A stretch of 60,349 nucleotides of DNA, filler included, from Hausera hauseri (Eukaryota), in NCBI GenBank assembly GCA_046269625.1. It is 12 parts of 12 records of this genome, joined end to end, with 100 filler letters (N's around TTAATTAATTAA, not from the genome) between each part and the next. Parts side by side here need not be neighbours in the genome. Positions count along the whole stretch, not along the records: positions 1 to 5,879 come from JBJURY010175416.1; positions 5,980 to 10,375 come from JBJURY010602111.1; positions 10,476 to 14,512 come from JBJURY010803088.1; 9 more parts are not named here. One strand, 5' to 3'. Below are positions 1 to 13,400 of this stretch, piece by piece. Both the position numbers and the translations under genes were made by a program. Each line of letters starts with the position of its first letter. The stretch's first letter is position 1. Under the pieces are notes generated by a model that saw nothing but the letters and a program-made list of their open reading frames with translations, was not told the origin of the DNA and did no database searches.

Positions 1-1749
1 GCAATTATTAGAGAAGATTTATTCAAGATTACGCAGCAAAGGCCAATATATTGGAGCAACCATGCGGATTGAATTACAAGAAACTAATATGGACCGAGCA
101 ATGTAATGAGGCTTTAGAGTCAATAAAAAGAGCCTTAGCCACACCACCAATAATAGGTTGCCCTGATTTCAACAGATAATTTATCCTCGATACGGACGCT
201 AGCTTCGACACAATTGGAGCGGTACTGTCACAGAAGGATAGTTCTTGTTTGGCACAACAGTCACATCCTCAAGAAAGAAGTAAAATTTTTAGAGAGTGAT
301 CGCTTACGGACGACACGCAATGAACAACCATGAAAAAGGACACTGTATAATTCGGAAGGAACTACTGGCCATGTATTAGTTTTGTCAACATTTCAATCAT
401 TATCTATACGGAAAACGGATAGCATTGAGAACGGATTACAAGGCAATAACGTTCATGGTAAAGACAAAAAATACCGATAACAACCCAATTTCAGACGTGT
501 ATCAACTATCTATCCAGCCTAGACATCAATCTGGAATACAGAAAAGGTACAGATCATACGAACGCAAATATGCTATCCCGCACGACTTGCGAAACATGCA
601 GCCAATGTTTACAACAACATTACTACTCCAAAATGCAGAAAAGCAAGACTCGGAAGATAAACATCGTAGAAACAGCAGACATACACCAATACCAGAGGAC
701 AGCAAAGAAATCGTAGAAATAAAAGAAAGCATTTCCTGAAGAAAACAAGGAAGATTTATACTAGAAGATGGAATAATATAAATACGAACAGTTAAGAATT
801 GAATACCCGCCAACAGACAGTTAGAAATGACAACGCATAACCACGTCATGCTCTCTCAGGCAGAATCAGAAAAGGTAATAAAATATATTGACAGTAACTA
901 TGACATAAACAAGCTAGGAGCAGCAGTCCAGATAGTAGTTCGACATTGCGAAGCTTGTCAGAAAAGAAAAACCTTGACAACGAGCACGAAGGACGAAACA
1001 GTAAAACGAGGCATTGGAAAAAATATACATAGACATCTGTGGACCAATGAAGGAGACATGGAGAAAAAAAGGTACATTTTAGCAATGATAGATTAGTACA
1101 GTAGAAACCTAACGTTATTTCCTATAGCGAGGAAAGACGAAGCAACTATCAAAGCAGAGATAGAAACGAAATGGATCCTCAAATACGAAGCACCAAAAGA
1201 AATACATATAGACTACGGGAAAGCATTTGAGTTGAAATTGATAAAAAACATGGCATAATCAATTAATATAAAAATATGCTATTCGAGCCCATACCACCAC
1301 AACAGAAACGGTATTATCGAGCGACAATTCCGAACAATCAGAGAATACATAAGTGATACGGTAGCAGAAAAATTGAGAGTGGACTGGGAGGACATACTAT
1401 CAGAAATAGAATTTATGTTGAATGCGACAATCCAGAAGACGACAGGTAAGAGCCCAGCAGAGATAATATTTAGCAGGAAGATATATAGAGAAAGTTGGTA
1501 TTGACAAAAAGAGGGAACAAAAGCAAAGAACACAGAAGATCAGGAAGGAACAAGAGTAAAAAGGACGTTTGAAGTATGGGATCAGGTGATGGTACGGAAG
1601 AAATCCGGAACAAAGCAGAAAGATAAATACGAAGGTCCGTACGCGATCATTGGAGAGTACACGACAGACGGTACGTACTACGGCATGAAGATGGCAAAAT
1701 CCTAGAGAGAAATGTAAAGAAACTACGAAGATTCTTAAAAAGGGGAAAG
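1..1749 (+). mobile_element. Decayed Ty3/gypsy pol (RT connection, RNase H, integrase) ending in a polypurine tract
   Basis: Frame-broken motifs ILDTDASFDTIGAVLSQ, KELLA, LRTDYKAI, CEACQKRK, SSPYHHNRNGIIERQFRTI and KYEGPY. PPT AAAAAGGGGAAAG lies at about 1737-1749. Confidence 0.9.
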
Positions 1750-1980
1750 TGAGGATATAATCGAGAATTGAAATTATAACATTAAATTAAAAGCATTTTT
1801 AAATATTAAAATTCGACCGTGAATTTAAATTAAAATGTAATATTAAAAGTACAATTTAATTTTGGAATTGTCGGAAAATTTGTTTCCAAATGAGTATTTT
1901 GAGACGCAATAAAATTTTTAACAACTTGTCTTACTTTGCAATGAGTAATTACAAACGATCAAATTCTGCTTTAGCGGATA
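1750..1980 (+). repeat. Probable 3' LTR of the gypsy element (right end uncertain)
   Basis: Starts TGAGG immediately after the PPT and contains AATAAA near 1908. Confidence 0.55.
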
Positions 1981-2056
1981 TACTAGGGGCGGGGATCTTC
2001 TAACCATACCCAAACGGGAAACGAGGTAGGCGGCGCGGACGCGTCCGCGGCCTACG

Positions 2057-2440
2057 GGCATAACTGTAAACACTGTATATATTGCGTATGCGGGTAAAAT
2101 ACCATATGGAAAATTTATAGCTAAAATATAGGTAATGCGTTTTTGTGCGTGTGTTTATCTGTGTGTGTACATGTAAAATGCATGTAACTTAGGAAATGCA
2201 TGGCAAAATTATATGTCGTGTGTGCGTATGTATAGGTGCCCATATTATACATATCGCCTATGTATTACACATATATATGACATATTTTAGCCATGAATTT
2301 CATAACTTACATGTATTTGACGTGCACACACAGACAAACACACGCATACAAGCACACTTCCTATATTTAGCCATACATTCCCCGTATTGTATTTTACCCA
2401 CACACACACACACATTATATAAAGTGTTTACAGTTATGCC
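2057..2440. repeat. Long imperfect palindrome (foldback), about 380 bp
   Basis: GGCATAACTGTAAACACT (2057-2074) is the exact reverse complement of 2423-2440, and the arms keep pairing imperfectly toward a centre near 2250. Confidence 0.85.
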
Positions 2441-2612
2441 AGAGTTATATAGTTATGAAATAAATGTGTAATGAAATTAGTTGGCCATAACCTATATAGT
2501 AGTTACTTAGCCTTACTTCACCTTACCCTATATCCCACATTACTTCATCAAGAAGAAAATACTATATTTTTTATAAGATTTATTAATAAAACAAACGATA
2601 TTTACATAATAT

Positions 2613-3550
2613 TTACAATGCCACATGCCTGTGAGATAGTGTGCTTATTTTATCACCCAGGATCTGCCACTTATCGTCCATCCAATTTAGACTGTTCTGA
2701 AGCCTTACAGTTCGGATCTCATGAGCCCAAGACTGGATCATGCGAATCTCTGATATAATGTGGGTCTGTTCATGCAAACCTCTCACATAATTATCGAAGC
2801 TGATCTTCTTGGCCAAGGTCGCCCTTTGAACCCCTTTAACCTCTTCTTTACTTGGCCACATACGTCAGTTGCATACATTTTGGACCTAAGAGCTACAAAT
2901 CGCGAGATCACTGCTCCATTTACCTCATTTTTGAATTTCCCAAGGACCGTTTTGTTGGCGATTGAATAGTTGAGATGCTTATTCGGATAGTCAGACGTAT
3001 CCATATGCTGAGCCAACTTAGCAAAGTCCTCATAAATATCCTCTGTATGGATCTGATGGATGAAACTATTAGTATCCATGTACATCAGTTGTATGGACTT
3101 GAATGTTGACACCATGATGTCATAGTGGAATTTGTACATCAGAGTCTTTGACACATCCTGCCATGGTCTTGCCTAAAACGCTGTTGTTGTACAACTTGAA
3201 CTGGTCCTTCTCAAAGTCGTTCTTGGCATTGGTCCACAGCTTTGTATTGAGGTCTATATATGGCTGCAGCCAGTTGGACTGGCTGAACTGCAGGGCCCGA
3301 TGGATCTCAGTAATGCGGAGTCCATTTCTGACCACCTGCTGGAGATTTATACAGCGGACTACATACCTCTCCCTACTATCCAGATGGCAGAGCAGCTTTC
3401 TATGCTTTCCATGGGGCAGTGGCTTGCTGTCAAGGAGAATAGGAACCTGTTCATACCTTGTGTGGATTCTATGTGGATATTCCACATCCACCTGCAGTAT
3501 GTAGTCTGTATGCCCACTGGGATCCACGTCCAGTATATGGATGTCTTCAG
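2613..3550 (-). pseudogene. Polinton/adintovirus protein-primed DNA polymerase B, C-terminal fragment with an internal deletion
   Basis: Motifs KNDFEKDQFKLYNNSVLGKTM, LMYMDTNSF, LGKFKNE, VALRSKMYA and KGVQR. Closely similar to 42030-42780 but lacking about 180 bp near 3155. Confidence 0.9.
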
Positions 3551-3759
3551 GATGCTTTTAATGAATCCTGAAATATATGATTTCTTATTCCACCGTTTAC
3601 AACTATAATTAGATGACGAGATAGACACAAGTTAATTCCAACATAGATTAAGTGAATTTCAGTATTTAACTGCACTGCACCAAATATGACGAAATTATGA
3701 ACGACATAAACAGGAAAACATGTATTTAGAGCAAAACTACAGATGCAAATTATGTATAA

Positions 3760-4311
3760 TCTTAATTCAAATTTTTTCTTCACGGAATTGGAATTCATCC
3801 AAAAATCTATGATAGCATTTATTGATGTCCGGTCATGTTCAGATGTTATTCTGCTGCCGTACAACATGTCGGTCAGAAAAGATCTTGTCATACTCCAGCA
3901 AACTGACGGTTTAGAACCGAACCAAGTGCAAATATTATTGGCGGCTTCCATAGCAAGCATGGGATTTAAAACGGATTCGATGACACCAGCATTGTGGAAA
4001 CCAATGGAAGGAAGTGCACATCTGGATCGAATTATTGACATCAGTAGGCAAAGGTCATGGATAACTGGTAAAATATCTGGAGTCAGCTTGTCTAATTTAC
4101 TTGCCACATTCCAACCGATTTGAAAGAAATGGATCACCGAATCTCGGACAGTAAATGGGAATTCTATTGTGATCACTGTTAGATCAGTTTGCGATTGAAG
4201 ACCTTCGTAATTTACCAAAGTGGTATCGGGGGGTGTATAAAAGATCCGATAAACAACTGATTTCTGATCATACAGCTTTTGAGATAGATCATCTGAATGC
4301 CTTTTAGGGAC
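3760..4311 (-). CDS. Exon of a divergent dynein heavy chain-like gene (AAA6 end / AAA lid region)
   Basis: VCWSMTRSFLTDMLYGSRITSEHDRTSINAIIDFWMN matches the dynein lid pattern IPW..LRY..GE..YGGR.TD..DRR.L. Putative acceptor AG at about 4312. Confidence 0.65.
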
Positions 4312-4801
4312 CTAATTTATGCCCGAAAATGTTGTCGGTTGAATCATCAGCAGCTGGTCAATGAAAAATAAATCTGTTGTAATAAAAATAAGAAGTCCCA
4401 TATTAGCGTGAGAGTTTGACAATGGAAATTTAATGAATAAGTATTCGGAAGAGATTTCGTTTTTCAGTTGATTATAGAACGTTTTCAAAGAGGTACTCGA
4501 AGAATCACTGACCTTAAAATTAAGGGACTTTGATTTTTTTTCTTAAGTTGTAAAAATATGTTACATCACAATTATCGGTTTTGTATTGAATGAGTATTGT
4601 AAACATAAAAGTCTTATAGAAAAAGATGTAAATCTGAAAAACCATAAATTTAGAATTAGGAAATTTCAAACTGAGAGGATGTACCAATAAAAAACAACTG
4701 TGGGGTGCCCCAAAGACAACAACCAAACTCACCCGTATAATTCTGTATCTGGGGGCCCGGCGAAACCGTGCATGTAATACAACAGAATCTGCACTGTTAT
4801 T

Positions 4802-4821
4802 CTTCTGACACCAATTGTAGT
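4802..4821 (-). promoter_or_regulatory. LTR end plus primer binding site (ACTACA-AT-TGGTGTCAGAAG)
   Basis: TGGTGTCAGAAG is a common gypsy PBS and follows a CA LTR end with a 2-nt spacer. Confidence 0.55.
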
Positions 4822-5489
4822 ATGTTGGTATAGTTCATATGTATCGTCCGTTGGTCCTTGTAAGTAAATAATAACGTGAAAAGGTATAAAATTTATAACC
4901 AAGATTTGTTGGTGCATCTAAATGTCATTTGTCAAATTTCTTTGCACCAACAACATTACATCAATTTGTTGAAATATGGGAATTTTGTAATTCATCATCA
5001 CCAATAACGAGCTACTTTGTCCACTGTTTCCTAATGTATCATTGAAAAGACAAAACGAATTAATCCGTTTAATTTTATTTTAACCATTTAAAAAAATAGT
5101 AATCACTTTTGCTCTCAGTTATCGTGCGATTCAAACAAAATCCATGACATCGTAAAATTGTAAAATCAAGAGAATTTGGTTGCTATCTAGGAACCCCCAG
5201 CAGTTGTTACATAAAATAATTTTCATATTACTAAACAGCATTATTAAGCATAAGCAAAAATTACATAAGCCTATACACACGTATAGGGTAAGAAATCATT
5301 GTGAACAAAAGTGAATTCCTAACACAAAATAACGACATAAAATATGTTACAAACTACATACAAACAAATCATTTACAACACTTTTTCTCATAAAATTATG
5401 TACATGAACCTTACATTAGTAACGCATATAAAAAATAAAATTGCAAGAACAAAAGATAGTTTGTGATAGGCACTACAGTCACAATATAG

Positions 5490-5879
5490 CCATGATAGTG
5501 CATCAGCGTTTCCATGTTTAGTTTAGTACTATACCATGTGAATTCACACTTCTTATTATTCCAACTTTTCCATTTCTTTTATATTGCTGTGAATGTGATT
5601 CTGTAACTATACTGGTTGTCGTTGTACTAGTTTTTATTGCAATACGTCTTGATGTAGTCAGCATTTTATGCTTAAGTAACTTTGTGAAACCGATATCCCA
5701 TTTATGTTTCATGAACGGTTGTGCATATTCTGTTAGTAAGTTCATTAGTATTATGTCCGACACTACGGGTAGCATATTTATCGTTATTTGTAGATATACT
5801 ATTTATCATGCTTTTACATTTCAATTCAATACCAAATTTTTGCAATAAGTCTATTCCACCAATAATATCTGAATTGATT
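5490..5879 (-). mobile_element. Internally deleted gypsy pol remnant
   Basis: Protease C-terminus IIGGIDLLQKFGIEL, RT linker KHKWDIGFTKLLKHKM, then the RNase H end KHGNADALS almost immediately after. Confidence 0.65.
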
Positions 5880-5979
5880 NNNNNNNNNNNNNNNNNNNNN
5901 NNNNNNNNNNNNNNNNNNNNNNNTTAATTAATTAANNNNNNNNNNNNNNNNNNNNNNNNNNNNNNNNNNNNNNNNNNNN
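5880..5979. other. Artificial contig linker N44-TTAATTAATTAA-N44 (11 copies in the window)
   Basis: Identical 100-nt spacer with stops in all six frames, starting at 5880, 10376, 14513, 18568, 26596, 32965, 37108, 41827, 46323, 50387 and 55547. Confidence 0.99.
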
Positions 5980-6141
5980 CCATCAGTATACTACCACTTC
6001 TCTTACACCTACGACAACCGAACCCAAAGATTATGCCATTGGATGAACCCAGTGAATGACGCGACTTTGACGATTAAACCCAGAAACCTCAGTTTTGTCG
6101 ATGTCAGTACCTAGAGTGATCCGGAGGACCGAATCCTTTTC

Positions 6142-6300
6142 AAAAGGGGGAGAAATGTTGAGACACTTTAATTGACTAGACACTTTAACTTTAATTGACT
6201 TAACGACCTTTTGAACACTTTGAGACACTTTAATTGACTTGATGACCTTTTGAACACTTGGAGACACTTTAACTGATTTGAGACTTTAATTGACAAATGT
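6142..6300 (+). mobile_element. PPT and start of an LTR with short internal tandem repeats
   Basis: AAAAGGGGGAGAAA followed by TGTTGAGACAC; repeated GAGACACTTTAA(T/C)TGA and GACCTTTTGAACACTT units. Confidence 0.6.
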
Positions 6301-6483
6301 TAAGCCCCCGTGATGGGAATTTTTATTTTCCTGATTTTTGTGAGTTACCTGTGAACCCACCAACAAATTTTAAAAAGTACAAATGTTAAAGGTTACAATT
6401 TATTTGTTATTTTGGACTCGTCGCATTGAAATCTAATAATCACCATATGCAATCACTCATTGAATTCCCACTATTTGCATAAA

Positions 6484-6628
6484 TTGACGATAAGAATTTA
6501 CAAAATGATTTTGGAAATTACCGCCTGCGCGAATTGACGGCGCATGAATTTTGGTTTGACGATAAGAATTTAAAAAATGAATTTGGAAATTACCGTCTGC
6601 GCGGATTGACGACACATGAATTTTGGTA
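6484..6628. repeat. Direct tandem duplication, 2 x about 73 bp
   Basis: TTGACGATAAGAATTTA..GGAAATTACCG..ATGAATTTTGGT occurs twice. Confidence 0.85.
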
Positions 6629-8859
6629 ATTGAATTCGAAAATTACCATCTGTATAGTAAACTCTGAGTATAAATACGCAACACCATTCGTGAACAACAA
6701 CAACTTATAATTAACCTACTTACATATTCGTTCTCGTATAATTCTGAACGTGAAACCAGTCTTGGACTCAAGGTAGTAATTTGATCACTGGTTACTTAAA
6801 GTGTTTTAAAGATAGAAAACCACTCGTTATTATTTCAAGAAGCGTCGCCATCACTCATTCAAGAATGACTTCTAATGCCAACCATATTCCAGTAGGAGAT
6901 GCGAATGGTAAAAAATTTTGTTAATCATTTTAAATTTTGATTTTATTACTCGACGGTCGTATGTGCTTGTATATGAACATTTATGTAAATTTATGTTTAA
7001 TAAATTTTAATATTCTAAATTACCTCTCCAATTGACAACTGTGAATGGTGAGAACGTCGTAATCTTAATCTGCGGACGAAGAAAATCAACGATATGGTGG
7101 GAAAGTATTCGTCGATTAAGATAGGAAATATCCTCGAATCATCGAACTACATGTGAAAGATGGAAAAGATAAGTGTATCATATCATGATGATACACGAAC
7201 TGTATTCAAAGTGATGCATTCCGAGCATGCAAGGATCTGCCAAACGATAAACGGGGAAATCAAATTGACTTACGATCGAATTCAGCATATACCTTGGAAG
7301 ATACCATGTTGATTAAACTCCATTCCCCAAATATATCTTGGAAATCCCTGCAATTCAATGTGTGAAGAAGGAACGAGTTTAGTGATCGATTCAGAGACAG
7401 AATTTTCATTGAAATAATGATGCGAACGGTCATGATTCTAGACATTGATTTTAGTATAGTGTATTATTGTATGTTGACGAATTTCGTGTGCGAATGATGT
7501 GCGAACCAAAGGTCCACTGAACAACGAATTACGTTTATTAATCGTCGAGATTTTAATAGAACATTTGATTTAAACGGATAGTAATATGTAACATTTTGTA
7601 TAAAACCTTGTTATTATTGTTATTATGAATCTCATTTTATATTCTGTACGTCCGGAATAGCAACTTAATAATTGTCTATTGCGAAAAATATACTTCGACA
7701 CCTCCATGCTGAAATTAACAAAATCTTTGAGGGAATTCCGGTATTTCGCTTATGGAGATTTGTATGATGGATTATAACCAGGGGTGTTTGGTGGAGTCAG
7801 TGGGATCATGGGTTCAATGAATATTCTTTGTGATATAAAGTGCATAAGTAAAGAGTTGCCCCACAAACTATGTAATATATATACCCTTTCCAAAGATATA
7901 GAAATAAACCTAATATTCGGAATTAGTAAATAACACGATCTATTGTAAAGGAAATTACTGTTGGAATTTTTATGTAATAATGCGATCAATTTATTCGAAT
8001 AAGAATATACGTGACAATGTCAGTATCTGCGGAATGGAAAACTTTTTCTCATTGTTGTGTGTTTAATACCGACCAGCATTACAAAGGGTTTTGGAGCGAT
8101 TTGGGGATGGCAGGATAAGTAATTCATATATTTTAACATCAACTGGACAAAGAAAAACATCGTTGATTGCGTAGAATTAATAGGAACTTAAAATTTAAAC
8201 AGGTAGACATCAAATAGGTAGGTAAATTACTTTGGGTCTATATATAGAATTTACGTTAATAACATACTGAAAGACTGGACTACTTACGTTTAGAGGAAGG
8301 AAATTGTTGGTCCATAAATATGATTGAGACAAGTTTTACATTAAACCAAAAAACCTAATCAATTATGAAGAATCAGTAAGTAATTGGTTAAGGTCCGTAT
8401 TCTGGTCAATTATGAAAAATCAGAGCAAAAGTCCGTATATTGCCATGATCTTGAGGAAAGTGACAAACGTGTTTTAGATATGGTGGACTTATATATTTCT
8501 GAAAAAATAAAATCATAATACCTAAGTTTTCGAAATCACACATGAACGTATGTCTTCAGTTTGAATTGAGATCCACACCATACAATTATTACATTGGATA
8601 TATACCTTGGTTTAAAGTGAAATGCGTACAATACGATCTTTCATAGTACATGTGTATGTTACTCATATGCAGAATCGAAGGTTACTGCCTATATATGGAA
8701 TCAGAGGCGCAGGTATTCCATATACCGAACCGCCCTCGGACTCCCCCTTCAGGTTCAATAAAAATTTATTTATATGTTACTATGGAATCCTATGAAGCCC
8801 CAAAATGTCTCAATATTTCGTCTACCTTGAATTCGATACAAAATAGTAACAAAACATGG

Positions 8860-10375
8860 AAAGGATGCTGAAAAAACAAAACAGTTTGCTATTTCCCTGA
8901 AACAATTGTTTGATATTGGTGCTTGACCTGCAAGCGTCCCGTTGTGAGAAAGAGTTTAGAGTTCCTGAACGAAAACGAAGTTTCTCATAGATTAACGAAC
9001 GACTCAAAAAATGGCAATTGGTGGAGTAGACCATGCGGTAATAGCGCAAATGAAACGAAAGAAGGCAAGAGATGACAGATTTAAACAAAGGCAAGATGAC
9101 GAAAAGAAGAGGAAAACTGAGATCGCGACTGATTTGGAATCTACATCAACTGTTGGTAGCGATGAAGCACTACAAACTGAATCTGATCGCAATTTTGAAA
9201 ACGACGAAGAATGGAAAGCAGAAGGAATGGGCACGCCGAAGGATCGAAATATGACTTCAATTACAAATGTTGCCCGAAAAGTTGATAGATATGGCGTGTC
9301 GAACATGGCTGCAGCTGCTATATGCACTGATACTCTAATTGACTATGGAATCGTGGATGTCGACGATCACAATTGTATTGTAGAATATCACAAGATATGA
9401 TGAGCGCGAGAGAAGTTGAGAATGAGTCTGAGGAACGAAGGAAATGTGAAGGATGAAAAAATAACTGCCTTATTTGTTGATGGACGGAAGGACAGGACGC
9501 GGATAAAAGAAAATATCGGTGGAAAATGGTACGGAAAGTAGGAGGTGCATGATCATTATGTTCTAGTCGGAGAACCTGGAATGTCTTAACTAAAATATTA
9601 CCGTGCACTATGGAACTGGCGCTGAAATTACAAGAGGATTAAAAGAATCACTGGAAGAAATGAGAATTGACGAGACTGTCCAAGCCATTGTGATTGACAG
9701 CACCGTTGTAAACACCAGAAAACACAGTGGAGCAATTCGCTTGCTTGAATGTGTATTGGGTAGACCACTTCAGTAGATCATGTTACTTACATTTGAACGA
9801 ACCCCTTTTTCGACGCTTATGCAAAGCGCTCCTGAGTTTATCCGAAAGTCCTACTCAATGGAAAGGAGCAATCGGGCAGGTGTTACCATCGTGTGGAACT
9901 TTATTTCTCACTGCTTTAGGATTTAAGCGTATCACTGTCGGTGATCCACTACCGACCTTGGAATTAAATGAGCTGAGTCGTGACCAAGCTTATCTGTATC
10001 AAATAATAATTGCAATTAGAATTGGCAAAATCGAAGAAAACCTCATTCGAGAAAAACCAGAAGTTATGACAATGGCCCGATGGGGTACCACTGCCAACCG
10101 AATTTGCCGACTGTATGTGGCAACGGCAAAACCAAGTGACGACTTGTATATCCTCATCAGATTCGTTGTATGCTATTACGGACCCATGTGGTTCTAAATC
10201 AAGTGTCACAGTAAGTGCACCGATGGATCAAACTACTTGCTACAACAAATTAAACTGACAACATTCCTTACTAATGCAGAGAGATCAATCGTTTAGTCCG
10301 TAGTACAGAAAATTGCATATTTTGGTCACCAGGAACATGTTTTGCTTGCAATGCTTGGAGACATATTGAACAAAC
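8860..10375 (+). mobile_element. Decayed DDE DNA transposase (CxxH-type, Cc8K15.2-like family)
   Basis: Frame-broken motifs GVSNMAAAAI, DGRKDRT, DSTVVNT..HSGAIRLLE..LGRPLQ, LHLNEPLFR, LSRDQAYLY, ARWGTTANRICRLY, YGPMWF and AYFGHQEHVLLAML. Confidence 0.75.
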
Positions 10376-10475
10376 NNNNNNNNNNNNNNNNNNNNNNNNN
10401 NNNNNNNNNNNNNNNNNNNTTAATTAATTAANNNNNNNNNNNNNNNNNNNNNNNNNNNNNNNNNNNNNNNNNNNN

Positions 10476-13400
10476 TATTTAATGTTTTCAATTTAAAGTT
10501 AACATTTACTTTAATTTGTTTAAATTTAGAAATGTTCACAATATCCCATGTATTGCATCTCTCGCATACATGGGGCGGCAAATCAGTACAATCAACAGAT
10601 GGCGAAATATTACAGTGTCGAAATGGACACATACCTGTGTCCGACGTGTAATATTTCAGCCAAATGTCCGCACCCCGATTTTTATGAGATGCACGAGCAT
10701 TATCTCAGACCGTTTACACGGTCGAAGAAGATGATGTAGTGCATTGCTCCGTGTACCCACGGTACTGTAAAAGTACAGTGCACGATGTCAGATCGTACGT
10801 GGATATAAAAGCGAACATGTCGGTGGCAAAAACAAAAACAACGGAATTGAGACATGTTCTGCAAAATGTGCTCAACCGGTTGGAATTAGAAGTGGAGAAA
10901 TTCAAACACCGCCACCAACACCATCACTGCAAAGTACAATATTATGCACTTGTAGAATTTGAAAACGTTGAAGGTGAAAGGAAACAATAGTTCCTGTCAC
11001 ATCGAGCTGTACTTTATACCAATGATTTTATTGCCGACGTTGGCAAAAAGGTCGAGGAAAAAATCGCCCACTACACGGAAAAGGGTAGTGGGTGGCGAAT
11101 TATACAAATTGTCACCCTCGGTATTATCATAACGAAGTCCAGTGATATAATATATTTGTCCGGGCGATCATTCAGACCGACACCTGCAGCTCTGAAGCAA
11201 TCTCTGGTGGTAGTGAATGTAAAAAATACTAACGATGAATACTGTTTTCTTTACAGTATTCTGGCGGTATTTAAATATGACAAAGTGGACAGACATAATG
11301 CATCTCCAAATAAAAAATATAAAAATATGAAAATATTTTTCCAAATTGCATTTCTATGAACGCTGGATGCAGACGAAACTCAAGAATATTCCGACTTTTG
11401 AACGGCGTAATCCGACATTGGCAATCAACGTGTTTCGGTACCACACAATAGTAGAAATACCAGTGGATGAAGAAATTTACAAAAATCTTCATGTGGATAT
11501 AATCTATAGTAGTCGGAACCCAAATGGCCGCTCAGTAAAATTGTTGCTACTAGAACGAAAAGAAAAATACCATTACATTGCAGTGACAAATCTGGACAGA
11601 CTACTGTACATGGAGAATGACCATTTTCTCCAAAAACGGATATAGTGTAAATGGTCTCCTGTATGCCTTCATGGATTCAGATCGGAAACAACATGGGAGA
11701 AACATGTGACTCTGTGCAGACAAAATTCGTCAGGAGCCACCAAGTATGTCATGCCCGTCAAAGAGCATCTCAGGTTCACTGATTGGTCAAAAACACAGAG
11801 TCCATCATATGTAGTATATGCCAATATCGAAGCTGTCTTTCCACGGCACAACATGTTCCAATAGCCGCCTGTATGTTGGTTGTCCCAATAAAAGCCGCAG
11901 GTCGTCAACCTCAATAATATGTTTTCCACGGATGGAATTGTGTACGCAATTTCTTGCAGCAGTTGCTAACCACAGTGGAAAGTGAAATCGCACCCTGGTA
12001 CAGTAGAAATAGCAATAAACCCTTGATGTGGACAGATGAGGATGAAGTCCTGACGTTGGCAGTCACAGATGCATGTTACCTGTATCACAGAATATTACCG
12101 TTTGATGCACAGGAACGGCTCATAACAGATCACGACCATTTTACTGGTCGATATCTCGGAGCAGCATGTAATTCATGCAATTTGGCAAGGCGTGTGCGGC
12201 CATTCCTGCTTGTGGTATTTAATAACTTCAGGAGTTATGATTGTCACCATATTTTGAAATGGGCAGTAAACGGATTTCCGCACTGGGAACTATCCATAAT
12301 TCCAACTACGATGCAGAAATACCTGTCACTGTCTGCTCCTATAAACAGGCTCCAGGTAGGCTTTCTTGATTCATTGCAATTTCTCAATAAATCTCTGGCA
12401 AAGTTGGTAAATGCATTGCTAGATGTGCCGATAGAACTGACACAGTTCCCCGCACATATTGCACGCAACGAAGGCATATTTCTTATGACTTTGCAACATG
12501 GTATAAACGACTCTGGACAGCAGAGGAATTACCGCCGCGATGGACAGGTATTACAGAAGATAATACCGAAAAGCACGAAGGCCTTGGACAGAACTCGGCT
12601 GTACAAACATGTTGGATTACATGCTGCAGTATCTTAACTGGACATGTACCTGTTGGTCGATGTGTTCCAGGCGTTTTTGGCGAAGGCGTTGGCTGAAGAT
12701 ACGTTGGAGCCACTCAACTTTTATTCCATATCGGGAATGAGTTAGAGGTCAGCTCTAATGTCACTGGACCGAAACATTGAGCTTCTTCAAGGTCCATAAA
12801 TGTACCGGCTGTTTGATGTTGTTATTGGAGGCGGTATGACGTTTGTCAAGAAGCATCATGTCCGTGCTACCGATGCCACATCACTGCTGTATATTGATAT
12901 TAGTAACCTGTACGCGCTTTCGCAACCCTTGCCGTATAGTTCATTCGAATGGGTTCTCGACAGACAAGATCTGGATGACATAATGGCCAACCTGCCACGA
13001 GCTGACATTTCAGGCTTATTCGTATACCTGATGGAGGTCGATCTCGTGGCACCAGATGAGCCGAATAACGTTTTGGACAATTTACCGGTCGCATTATTTA
13101 ACCAATGTCCGCAAGGCTCAAAAGTAAAAAAACTGCTCATGACGCATAAACCGAAGCTGAATTACATAGTCCATTGGCGTCTGATACAGTTTTGCATGCA
13201 GCACGGTGTACGCGTCACACAGCTGCATCGTACAATCAGATTTTCTAAGGCTCCGATATTCAATGCGTGCATAGATGGGAATTCCGAGAAACGAGTTTCA
13301 GCTTGTACAAAGTTCAAAAAGGATTACTACAATTTGAAAAACAATTCTCTGTACGGAAAAACAGTGGAAAATCTGAAAAGGTGGCTAAATGTGCGCCTAT

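Noticed and set aside
2196-2758. His/Thr-rich ORFs here and at 35319-35561
   Set aside because: They are translations of CA/TA-rich repeat or LTR sequence, or the antisense of pPolB, with no protein motifs.
6660-7500. Possible small spliced gene after a TATA box
   Set aside because: Splice-like sites exist, but no consistent open exon chain or recognisable domain could be built.
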